Below are positions 51,814 through 61,137 of a stretch of 64,000 nucleotides of DNA, in pieces; position 1 is the first letter of the stretch, and every line of letters begins with the position of its first letter. Below the pieces are notes generated by a model, which saw nothing but the letters and a program-made list of their open reading frames with translations, searched no databases and had not been told where the DNA came from. Origin of the DNA: Escherichia phage phAPEC8; sequence record NC_020079.1. The stretch is one strand, 5' to 3'. The position numbers and the translations under genes were made by a program.

Positions 51814-53967
51814 ATGAAACAAGCTATATTTACTGTCACGCGAGACAAGAGAGTAAATGCGAGTTCATTTAACTACACGACTGTTGATGGAACAGCAGTC
51901 GCTGGTAGAGATTATATTGCAAAATCGGGAACACTTGTGTTCCCTGATGATGCTGATTCTGCTACCATTGTGGTTGAAGTATTTGAACGACCAAAGAACT
52001 CAATAGATCTTAACTTCTCCCTCCAAGTTTCAGGGATTAGTCAAAATAATATGATGGTTGAAACAACCATCAATTGTATTATAACTACTATCCAAGAAAA
52101 TACTACTCCAATAACTTGGACTACAAAAGACGTTAAAATGTTCTCTCCTATGTATTGGACAATAGATTCTCAAGCAACGGAAAGTTGTTCTATTGTATCT
52201 CATGGAGACTCTTTTACTGCAAGATTTGTAAACAGAACAACAGCAGGTTTGGCAGGGGTTATCTGGAGCACAGTTGACAAATATGACCATAAAGGTGTTG
52301 GGTATTTACCCCACACAGATTTAAGTTCAGAGAAACTTTGGTTTAAAATGGAAATTAGTCAAAACATGCCAGGTTTTAAAGAAGAACCTTTGGTGCCGAC
52401 TTTGACTGTAACTCTCCTGGATAAAAGTGTTCATTATGTCAGTTTAGGATTCTACGCTTCAGATATTTCAGAAGATGGTAAAACAGCTACAATCAAGTTA
52501 GATTTTGGTAATATCTTTTCTGGCCCTAATAATGATATTCCTTTGGATATGAGTGCTGTAGATAATATTTTCTTCTCTTTGATTACAGCAAGGTATGAAG
52601 AAATAGAAGAGGTTGTACCTATTGACAGTCAAGAGGCTTGGTTTACTTTCACTCTTCTTGAACCTACTTCTGGTTACAGTATGATGAAAGTCAGCAACCT
52701 TGTCCAGCCTGAACATGATATTCGCATGTGCACATCTTATGATGATATGTATAACCTGACTCCAGAGAGAGTTATTTATAATACATATGCACTAGGTTAT
52801 CGTGGGATGATTAACCATTATAACGGAATGTCTCACTATTATGAGTTCTCATGGAATGGAACATCTTGGGCTTTAAATAAATCTGTTTTCCTGAATCCGG
52901 CTACAGAAGCTTGGCTTAACAGCTTTCATTCTATAGCAAACGAGAAGGGCTACACAATAATGAACTCTTTAAGTTTTGAATTGATGAGCACAGTTTGTCC
53001 TGTAGAATGGGTCCAGCATGATTGGAACGATGCTCTTGCAGCAACAGGGTATAAACCTCCTAGTTATGTGTTGTCTCCAACTATTGACGAAGGTATGGAA
53101 TATTTGCAAAATGTTATTAATAAAATAGCATCTATTTCTCAAGCTAACAATATTCCAGTCGTCATTCAAATTGGTGAACCTTGGTGGTGGTATAATACAG
53201 CAAGTAAAATGCCTTGCATATATGATTACACTACCAAACTGGCATTCAACACAGAAACAGGTTTATTTGCACAAGATGCAGGAACAATAGATAATTATAA
53301 AACAGGAACGCCGTTTGACGAATACTATGCATTTTTGTCTCGTAAACTAGGATTAAGAGTTACAAAGTTTGCAACAGATCCCAGAGCAACTTACCCAGGA
53401 GCCAAGGTAACATTGCTTCCGTTCTTGCCATCAATTATCGGCAACGGTTTGATGGAGAAAGTTAACTTTCCGTCTGATTACTACATTCCTGAAACTTTTG
53501 ATTTTTACTGTTCAGAGTGTTACGACTGGCTTCTGGAAGGTAAAATGATGAAAGCATTCGATGCAATTACCATACCACATGAAAAATTAGGTTTTGAATA
53601 TTCTGATATTCACTATCTTTCGGGTTTTGTTCCAGATGCTACTCTTGCACCTTTGTATGGCTTCGATCCTGAATCAAACTACCGAACGTATCTTTGGAAA
53701 ATGATTATAGGCAATATAGTATTGAACGCCAACAAGTTTGACGGACTTACACAATATATATGGGCCTATCCTCAAATAATGCACGATTCCATCACGGTAG
53801 TTAATTCTCAATCTCAAGTTTTCTATATGGGTAACGTGCCTTTGAACGTTTATTTACAGGATATCACTCTTAAACAGGTAAATGTTGAGATTGCCACCAT
53901 AAGTGGAATTACATTAGCCACTAAATCTGGAGAAGATTTGGTAACAACACAAAAATTTTATATATAG
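51814..53967 (+). CDS. tail-associated protein with N-terminal Calx-beta-like domain (717 aa)
   Basis: TVDGTAVAGRDYIAKSGTLVFPDDADSATIVVEV matches the Calx-beta consensus pattern. Confidence 0.4.
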   Translation: MKQAIFTVTRDKRVNASSFNYTTVDGTAVAGRDYIAKSGTLVFPDDADSATIVVEVFERPKNSIDLNFSLQVSGISQNNMMVETTINCIITTIQENTTPITWTTKDVKMFSPMYWTIDSQATESCSIVSHGDSFTARFVNRTTAGLAGVIWSTVDKYDHKGVGYLPHTDLSSEKLWFKMEISQNMPGFKEEPLVPTLTVTLLDKSVHYVSLGFYASDISEDGKTATIKLDFGNIFSGPNNDIPLDMSAVDNIFFSLITARYEEIEEVVPIDSQEAWFTFTLLEPTSGYSMMKVSNLVQPEHDIRMCTSYDDMYNLTPERVIYNTYALGYRGMINHYNGMSHYYEFSWNGTSWALNKSVFLNPATEAWLNSFHSIANEKGYTIMNSLSFELMSTVCPVEWVQHDWNDALAATGYKPPSYVLSPTIDEGMEYLQNVINKIASISQANNIPVVIQIGEPWWWYNTASKMPCIYDYTTKLAFNTETGLFAQDAGTIDNYKTGTPFDEYYAFLSRKLGLRVTKFATDPRATYPGAKVTLLPFLPSIIGNGLMEKVNFPSDYYIPETFDFYCSECYDWLLEGKMMKAFDAITIPHEKLGFEYSDIHYLSGFVPDATLAPLYGFDPESNYRTYLWKMIIGNIVLNANKFDGLTQYIWAYPQIMHDSITVVNSQSQVFYMGNVPLNVYLQDITLKQVNVEIATISGITLATKSGEDLVTTQKFYI

Positions 53968-53975
53968 GAGTAAAA

Positions 53976-56741
53976 ATGTCAACTACAATTACTAATTTAC
54001 CCGAAACATCAAAAGTTAATGGTTCTGATTACCTGGTTTTAGATCAACCTGATAAGACTGTTAAAAGCACAGTTTCCAACTTTCTTACTGACACTGGGGT
54101 GGTTTTAGCCACCCAGCTAAAAGATACTTCTGGAGCTACCAAGTATCCAGAACTTCAAATGTCACGTTGGAGAGATGAAGGTGATCCTAGAGGATGGGGA
54201 GCAGTAGGTGACGGAGCAACAGACGATACTAATGCCATAACACAGCTTCTTGCTGCTATGCCTGATGGATGGATTGTTGATGGGCGTAATCTCACTTTCA
54301 AGGTTACAACACTACCAGATATAAGCAAGTTTAAAAACGCTGCTTTTGTTTACGAGCGTATTGTTGGACAACCCCTTACTTACGTATCTGAGGGTTTCTT
54401 TGATGGAAATCTGACAAAAATTACGGATACACCATTTTACAATGCTTGGACGCAAGATAAGACGTTTGTTTATGACAATGTTATATATGCACCATTTATG
54501 GCTGGCGAACGTCATGGTGTACAAAACCTCCATGTAGCGTGGGTTAAATCAGGAGATGATGGACAAACTTGGTCTATGCCAGAATGGTTAACTCCAATTC
54601 ATCCTGATTATAATGCCTCTTCAGCAAACAAAGTTAACTATCATTGTATGAGTATGGGTGTATGTGGTAATCGCTTATATGCGGTGATCGAAACCCGTTA
54701 CTTATCTAACATGCGATTGAAGAAAGCAGAACTTTGGTCACGTCCAATGCCTTATTATAGAAGGCCAACTGGAGGCATAACAATTAGTTCTGGGTCTACT
54801 ACAGCGACAATTGTTTTAGAAAAGCATGGTCTTAAAGTTGGAGATGCTGTTAACTTTTCCAATTCAGGTGCAACTGGCGTATCTGGAAATATGACTGTTG
54901 CATCTGTAATTAACAAGGATACATTTACTGTTACATTAGCGAGTGCTGCCACATCTAATATAGATAATACAGGAACTACTTGGCATTTTGGAACACGTTT
55001 CTGGGATAGCCCTTGGGAAATTACAGAATTACCAGATGTTGCCTATTCTACTAATGCAGATTTATGTGTTACAGAAACCCATAGTTTTACAGTTATAGAT
55101 GATGATAATTACACTTTTGCTGTTGGTTATCACAATGGTGATGTTTCCCCAAGAAGATTAGGTATTTTGTATTTCAATAATGCTTACTCTGACCCAAGTT
55201 CTTTTACTCGTAGAACAATTAGTCAAGAATATGCTGACAATGCAGCAGAACCCTGCATTAAATATTATGATGGAATTTTATATTTAACTACCAGGGGTAC
55301 TTCAACTTCTGCTGCTGGTTCTACATTAGCAATGAGTACCGACCTTGGAGAAAACTGGAACTACTTAAGATTCCCTAACAACGTTCATCATACAAACTTA
55401 CCATTTGCAAAAGTTGGTAACTACCTTTATATCTTTGGTACAGAACGTTCATTCGGAGAATGGGAAGGAGAAGAACTAGATAATAGATATAAAGGCACGT
55501 ATCCTCGAACGTTTATGTGCAAGATTAATGTATCTTCATGGCCTACATCTTTATCCGATGTTCAATGGTTTAATATCACTGATCAGATGTATCAAGGGCA
55601 TATTGTTAATTCTGCATGTGGTGTTGGTTCGGTATGTGTTAAAGATGGTTGGTTATATTATATCTTTGGAGGCGAAGATTTCTTATCTCCTTGGTCTATT
55701 GGGGATAATAGTAAAAAATTATGGTACAAGCATGATGGTCATCCAGCCGATTTATATAGTTATAGACTAAAGATTACCGAACATGATTTTGTATCACGTG
55801 ATTTCAAATATGGAGCTACGCCAAACCGTACATTGCCTGTATCTATGGGTACAGATGGGGTAAGGCATGTCTCAGCCCCTGTAACTTTTGATAATGATGT
55901 ACAAGTATACTCTTTAACAGTTACTGGCCTTGAGCATGATGGGACACAACAATCTGCCGTTAGAATAAAATTAGATGGTGATTATGGGGTTGTTGCAAAA
56001 AATGTCCCAATAAAAAATCCTTCTAAACAGCGACTAATCCTATGTGGAGGAGAAACTCCTTACGTTACTGATGGATCGCTATTACAACTATATGGTTCAA
56101 ACCATACGTATCCAAACAGAGCAGTTTTATATGCCCCAGGAGGAGCATATACCCAAAATAATTTCATGCCGTATTTAGATGGACAAGTTGCATTAGGCGG
56201 TGCGTCTAACAGATGGTCAGAAGTGTACGCATCTACAGGAACCATTAATACTTCAGATGGAACATTAAAAACTAAACCTACAGAGATTGAAGATATTTTA
56301 CTGAAAGCATGGGAAGATATTCATGTAATCTCTTACCAATGGCTTAGTGCTGTCGCGGAGAAAGGAGATTCTGCGCGTATTCATTTTGGTGTTATAGCTC
56401 AAGATGTAAGAGATATTCTGATTAATTATGGCTTAATGGATGAAAATAGCACTGATTGTAAGTATGCTTTTCTGTGTTATGATGAATACCCTGCTATGTA
56501 CGATAGTGTTGTTACGGGACAAAAAGAAATCCCTTTATTTGATGATGAAGGGAATGTTGTAATTGATGAAGAAGGTAATCCAGTAACAATCGTAGAAGAT
56601 GTTGTAGAAACTATCGAAATAATTCCAGCAGGATCGCGATGGGGTATCCGCGCTGACCAAATGTTTTTTATTGAGATGGCTTATCAACGTAAAAAGTTAA
56701 AAGCTCTTGAAGAAAGACTTGCAACCCTGGAAAGTAAATAA
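53976..56741 (+). CDS. sialidase-like (Asp-box) tailspike or fibre with C-terminal intramolecular chaperone domain
   Basis: Asp-box repeats SGDDGQTW and STDLGENW; last about 163 aa (from 56250: TSDGTLKTK...GVIAQDV...AYQRKKLKALEERLATLE) match the endosialidase / T5 pb1 chaperone domain. Confidence 0.6.
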   Translation: MSTTITNLPETSKVNGSDYLVLDQPDKTVKSTVSNFLTDTGVVLATQLKDTSGATKYPELQMSRWRDEGDPRGWGAVGDGATDDTNAITQLLAAMPDGWIVDGRNLTFKVTTLPDISKFKNAAFVYERIVGQPLTYVSEGFFDGNLTKITDTPFYNAWTQDKTFVYDNVIYAPFMAGERHGVQNLHVAWVKSGDDGQTWSMPEWLTPIHPDYNASSANKVNYHCMSMGVCGNRLYAVIETRYLSNMRLKKAELWSRPMPYYRRPTGGITISSGSTTATIVLEKHGLKVGDAVNFSNSGATGVSGNMTVASVINKDTFTVTLASAATSNIDNTGTTWHFGTRFWDSPWEITELPDVAYSTNADLCVTETHSFTVIDDDNYTFAVGYHNGDVSPRRLGILYFNNAYSDPSSFTRRTISQEYADNAAEPCIKYYDGILYLTTRGTSTSAAGSTLAMSTDLGENWNYLRFPNNVHHTNLPFAKVGNYLYIFGTERSFGEWEGEELDNRYKGTYPRTFMCKINVSSWPTSLSDVQWFNITDQMYQGHIVNSACGVGSVCVKDGWLYYIFGGEDFLSPWSIGDNSKKLWYKHDGHPADLYSYRLKITEHDFVSRDFKYGATPNRTLPVSMGTDGVRHVSAPVTFDNDVQVYSLTVTGLEHDGTQQSAVRIKLDGDYGVVAKNVPIKNPSKQRLILCGGETPYVTDGSLLQLYGSNHTYPNRAVLYAPGGAYTQNNFMPYLDGQVALGGASNRWSEVYASTGTINTSDGTLKTKPTEIEDILLKAWEDIHVISYQWLSAVAEKGDSARIHFGVIAQDVRDILINYGLMDENSTDCKYAFLCYDEYPAMYDSVVTGQKEIPLFDDEGNVVIDEEGNPVTIVEDVVETIEIIPAGSRWGIRADQMFFIEMAYQRKKLKALEERLATLESK

Positions 56742-56789
56742 TACAGCTTAGGTGGTATTTCAATCTTTATATCCCACTTAGAGGTACTC

Positions 56790-57053
56790 ATGGCTAAAGA
56801 GAAAAATGGTTTTAAAAAATTTATTCGCGGAATGTTCTGCACTTACCCCGGCAACGGGGTAAGCTCTACGAAAGTCTGGAACGCTGTAGGCATGTCTGTT
56901 ATGACAGGCATGTTTATCTTTTTAGGAATAGAAAAAGAAATTCCTGAATGGATGGGCTGGGCTTTTGTTTTCATGATAACCCCTTCTCGCCTCATGAAAA
57001 ATCTTATTGATTTACGTTGGGGCAGATCACAATCTACCAAAGAGGATGACTAA
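56790..57053 (+). CDS. small two-segment membrane protein (87 aa), holin-like topology
   Basis: Two hydrophobic stretches and a charged C-terminus. Confidence 0.3.
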   Translation: MAKEKNGFKKFIRGMFCTYPGNGVSSTKVWNAVGMSVMTGMFIFLGIEKEIPEWMGWAFVFMITPSRLMKNLIDLRWGRSQSTKEDD

Positions 57054-58540
57054 TGGACGAATATGGTTTGACAGATGCGGGATTTGTAATCCCGACTTTT
57101 GACGATGTTTTAAACAACTACATGACAGCAGTAAAAAACACATTTGGTGCAGATGCAGCCACTTCGGAAGACACTGTGATCGGGCAACTGTTTAGAATAA
57201 TTGCATACACAGATTACACATTGTGGGAAGGTATGCAAGGTGTTTATAATACTCAAACACTGGATGGTGCAGAAGGTATTTATCTTGACGAAATCTTTTC
57301 TAAACGCGGTTTCTATCGAGCAGGGGCAGCAGCAAGTACAGGTTATGCATATGTTAAGAGCAATAACAAAGCAGCTTGGACTTATGAGCTAGGCACGGAT
57401 ATTTACTTCAACTCTGATAGTGATATGAACTACTATGTTAGCACACCAACTATGTTGAATGCTAAGATTGCAGCTTATCAAATCTCTTGTGCTAATGCAA
57501 CTGCTACAGGTGTTCCAAATATTACTTTTTATGCACAAAGTGCGGTAGATGGAGGACTAAACAGTAAAACACTTGCACCTGGTTCTTCTACATTTATAAC
57601 CGATCTTGAAACTTTTATCAAGGCAAATTTAACAGAAGCTGATCGTAGTCTTGTATTTTCTGATTCAGGTAACTTATCAATTGGTTTTACTTCTTTAACT
57701 AGTGATACTCCAGTGGGACTGGTAACTCCTATTAAATTTTATGCTAGTGTTCCGGTTGGAACCAAGTGGAGTGAGATTCCGGTAGTTGCAGCAGAGAAAG
57801 GATACAACCCTGTTGGCGTGGAGTCTATTACAGGGATATCTTCTACCTTTACAGGTTATCTTGACAGTGGTAACTTTTATTCATTTTCTCCTGGTCGGGA
57901 TGTTGAGACAGACGCAGAATTCCGCTCTCGTTTCAATGACAACGTTGATGAAGCTAACGCAGGGACACGAGCAGCTATTGTGAAAGCTCTGCTACTTACA
58001 GATGGTGTTACTAAGGTGAAGATTTATGATAACCCTACATTACATGATCAAGAACATGCTCCGGCTATGACTTTCCAGACTATAGTTTATGGAGGAAGTG
58101 CTGAAGAAGTTGCTGAAGTTATTTACAAAACTAAACCAATCAACAGTTTGACACATGGAACAACCAACATAACTGTTACAACGGAAGACGGAGGACAAGA
58201 AATTATTCGTTTTTCTCCTGGTGCTTCTGCTACGTATTCCGTAAAACTTGTTTATCAAACTGTCAACGGAACAACTTTAAGTGGAACAGAAAAACAAAAC
58301 ATTGTAGAAGCTTTACAAAACCTGCAAGCTTACTTTGAATTAGGTTCTTCAGTAACGAACGATCAAATCAAAGGTGTTATTTATGCAGCACTTGCTTTTG
58401 GACGCTTGACTTCTCTTCGTGTTTATGTTAAACTTAATACTGAGGATGACAGTAAATATACAGAGAATAATATAGTTCCTGCTTATAATGTTGTCCCTTC
58501 TTTTGACCTTGATAACATTTCTTACGAGTATGGAGTGTAA
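57053..58540 (+). CDS. putative baseplate wedge protein (J-like)
   Basis: 495 aa; position in the baseplate and fibre module. Confidence 0.3.
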   Translation: MDEYGLTDAGFVIPTFDDVLNNYMTAVKNTFGADAATSEDTVIGQLFRIIAYTDYTLWEGMQGVYNTQTLDGAEGIYLDEIFSKRGFYRAGAAASTGYAYVKSNNKAAWTYELGTDIYFNSDSDMNYYVSTPTMLNAKIAAYQISCANATATGVPNITFYAQSAVDGGLNSKTLAPGSSTFITDLETFIKANLTEADRSLVFSDSGNLSIGFTSLTSDTPVGLVTPIKFYASVPVGTKWSEIPVVAAEKGYNPVGVESITGISSTFTGYLDSGNFYSFSPGRDVETDAEFRSRFNDNVDEANAGTRAAIVKALLLTDGVTKVKIYDNPTLHDQEHAPAMTFQTIVYGGSAEEVAEVIYKTKPINSLTHGTTNITVTTEDGGQEIIRFSPGASATYSVKLVYQTVNGTTLSGTEKQNIVEALQNLQAYFELGSSVTNDQIKGVIYAALAFGRLTSLRVYVKLNTEDDSKYTENNIVPAYNVVPSFDLDNISYEYGV

Positions 58541-58542
58541 AA

Positions 58543-59172
58543 ATGGCAGTGAGTGTTGACCATGTAACAACTTGGGCCAGTATCAATGAAGACGTTAAAA
58601 ACCTTCTGATTGAAGATTTTAAATCTTCTCCTAACATTGTCAAGCTCCTCTACATCGTATCCAGTGAAAAGCAAAAGATAGATCAGGCAATGATCTATCT
58701 TGCTAAACACCGCTTGATCTCCACAGCCACAGGCAAATACCTAGATATCTTAGGAGAAGAAATGGGGATCGAACGTAATGGCTCTGATGATGAAGAGTAT
58801 AGAACAATATTAAAAATCAGGGCTTACCGCGTAGCCTCATCGGGGACTCGTGGTGACATAATTGATATCTTCGCCCGTTTCACAGGAACAGAGCGTGAAA
58901 CGCTTAATACTTACGTAGGTTTGAATAAAACCTTTGATGTGTTTTTCTACAACCTGTGTCTTCAATCTGATCAAGCTTTAGAGCAGTTGCTAAGTGTTTT
59001 CCCTATTATTAGTAGCTACCGTCTTGGAGCAAAAGCAGGATCAGCTTTTGGTTTTAGTTCTTATTATGCTACCAAACCGCCTCATGGTATTGGTGGTTTA
59101 GGTTCCCTGTACATGGAATCTACTGGGGATGAAACAGGACGCATGTGTACGCTTCTCAAGCAAATAGATTAA
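58543..59172 (+). CDS. putative baseplate protein (209 aa)
   Basis: ORF track; gene order. Confidence 0.3.
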   Translation: MAVSVDHVTTWASINEDVKNLLIEDFKSSPNIVKLLYIVSSEKQKIDQAMIYLAKHRLISTATGKYLDILGEEMGIERNGSDDEEYRTILKIRAYRVASSGTRGDIIDIFARFTGTERETLNTYVGLNKTFDVFFYNLCLQSDQALEQLLSVFPIISSYRLGAKAGSAFGFSSYYATKPPHGIGGLGSLYMESTGDETGRMCTLLKQID

Positions 59173-59181
59173 GGAGTTTAA

Positions 59182-60243
59182 ATGGCGAAGCCAATATATT
59201 ATCCTGACTGGGCTACACAAACTGTAACGCTCCCAGGAACTTTAAACACAAACAAAATTAGACCTAAAGAAACCATCCGCACAATTGGTATGGATTATGG
59301 TCAAATCATGACTTGCGAAGAGATGAACTGGATTCTTAATAATATCGGTTTATGGATTCGCTATTTGGTGGATGATTTTCTTCCAACTTTACCTAATACC
59401 TACTTGCCTTTAGTGGGAACTAAGATTACAATGGCAGGTGATGCTACTGGTGAGGCCACTTGGAACGGTAACAAAGAAGTTACTTTATCTATCCAAGTTC
59501 AAGATAACAGTCATAATCACTTGTCAGCAAACATTACAGATGCTACTAGTTCAACAGTAACACCAAACGTGTTGGTAAAACGTGATGCGGGTGGTGCTAT
59601 TTATGGTGGCGATGTTTATGTTAACGGTACTTCCACAACAGATCCTGCAACACTGTTCTTCAAAAACTTTGCAGGACAAACAAATGGTGAGATTTCTGCC
59701 GAGTATCAAAGCGGAGGTCAGCTTTACATCTATCGTAGAAATCCTAGCACAGGTAGTGTATCGGCAGGTGTTCGTTTATATGATGCAGGTTATGTTCTAA
59801 TAGATAATCCAAGATCGAACAGTGGACAAGATACTTCTAACGGAAATGCTTTAGTTCGTTTAGATTATCTGAACTCTCGTTTGACTTCCCTTCAGAACAC
59901 ATTGCAGACGAATATTAACACTGTTCAAAACAACTTGAATAATGTTAACAACAACCTCTCTTCTCGTATAAACAATGTAGAAAGTAATCATCAAAGTCAG
60001 ATTACAAATAACTACAACTATGCTAACGGAACCTTTGTAAGAGATATTCGTTATACTAGCCAAGGTGTGTATTATCCACCAGGGAACGAGGTTTCTTGGA
60101 CTTATATCTGTTCTTCTGGTTATGTTCTTTCTGGTATTATCGTACAGGAAACAGGACGTAGCTCTGCGGATAACATCGGTGGGGTTTACTTCAAACGCCT
60201 CCAGCGCAACGTTAACGGAAACTGGTACGATATTGGAGGCTAA
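59182..60243 (+). CDS. putative tail fibre protein
   Basis: 353 aa; Asn/Gln-rich heptad-like segment NTLQTNINTVQNNLNNVNNNLSSRINNVESN. Confidence 0.4.
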   Translation: MAKPIYYPDWATQTVTLPGTLNTNKIRPKETIRTIGMDYGQIMTCEEMNWILNNIGLWIRYLVDDFLPTLPNTYLPLVGTKITMAGDATGEATWNGNKEVTLSIQVQDNSHNHLSANITDATSSTVTPNVLVKRDAGGAIYGGDVYVNGTSTTDPATLFFKNFAGQTNGEISAEYQSGGQLYIYRRNPSTGSVSAGVRLYDAGYVLIDNPRSNSGQDTSNGNALVRLDYLNSRLTSLQNTLQTNINTVQNNLNNVNNNLSSRINNVESNHQSQITNNYNYANGTFVRDIRYTSQGVYYPPGNEVSWTYICSSGYVLSGIIVQETGRSSADNIGGVYFKRLQRNVNGNWYDIGG

Positions 60244-60789
60244 ATGATATTTACAAACTTTAAAAAATATATTCCTGAAGACCCTGAACTAAAAGAATTG
60301 GTAGAAGCAGAGAACATTCTTTTTCTTCGTTGCGATCAAGGTTACGACTGGTATGATTTACGTAGCACAGAATTCAATAACGATAAAATGAAAGTCGTTT
60401 TTGATGATCAAAATCGTATTGTGTTTTGGAATACTGATCCTACACTACTTTGCCCTGAAGATCTTTCTATAGCACAAGTAGATTTTAATATAGATACTTT
60501 TGAGGATATTAGGAACAAGGTTCTGGATTTAGAAACCTTAACTCTTAAGGATAAAGAGTATTCCCGTGAAGAGTTGATGACACAAGCTAGTGCAAAAATT
60601 CGCTCTTTACAAGAAACAGCGGTAGCACTTATAACACCTTTACAGTATGCTAAAGATTTAGAAATGGCTACTGAAGACGAATTAGCTTATCTTAAAAATC
60701 TTCAAGTTTATGTAGTTAAACTAAATCGTGTTCCGCTTCAAAAAGACTATCCTTACGCTATAGATTGGCCTACATTACCGACAGAATAA
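60244..60789 (+). CDS. putative tail fibre assembly protein
   Basis: 181 aa gene directly after the fibre gene (ATGA overlap). Confidence 0.3.
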   Translation: MIFTNFKKYIPEDPELKELVEAENILFLRCDQGYDWYDLRSTEFNNDKMKVVFDDQNRIVFWNTDPTLLCPEDLSIAQVDFNIDTFEDIRNKVLDLETLTLKDKEYSREELMTQASAKIRSLQETAVALITPLQYAKDLEMATEDELAYLKNLQVYVVKLNRVPLQKDYPYAIDWPTLPTE

Positions 60790-60798
60790 GGGATCACT

Positions 60799-61134
60799 AT
60801 GGAATTTCAAGAAGCATGGGGACTTGCAAAGGATGCAATAATCCCTTTAATCGGAGTCATCTGGTTCTTTTTCAAACAAAAAATGGATAAATTCGGCTCT
60901 GATCTTGAGGAAATGGAGGAGAAAAGTCGAGAGCTAGAGAAGAAGTTGGTCTTTGTTGAATCAACTTACGCAACTAAAGCCGAACTTACCCAGATGCTAA
61001 ATCAAATTAACTCTACATTAATGGCAAATAACAACACCCTTGAGCAAAAAATTGAAAAGATTATGGACCTCAAGAATGCGACTATCCAAATGATGCTAGA
61101 TGACATAGTTAAACGTACACAGAATAAGGGGTAA
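60799..61134 (+). CDS. small membrane-anchored coiled-coil protein (111 aa)
   Basis: N-terminal hydrophobic segment IIPLIGVIWFFF followed by a charged helical region. Confidence 0.3.
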   Translation: MEFQEAWGLAKDAIIPLIGVIWFFFKQKMDKFGSDLEEMEEKSRELEKKLVFVESTYATKAELTQMLNQINSTLMANNNTLEQKIEKIMDLKNATIQMMLDDIVKRTQNKG

Positions 61135-61137
61135 TTA

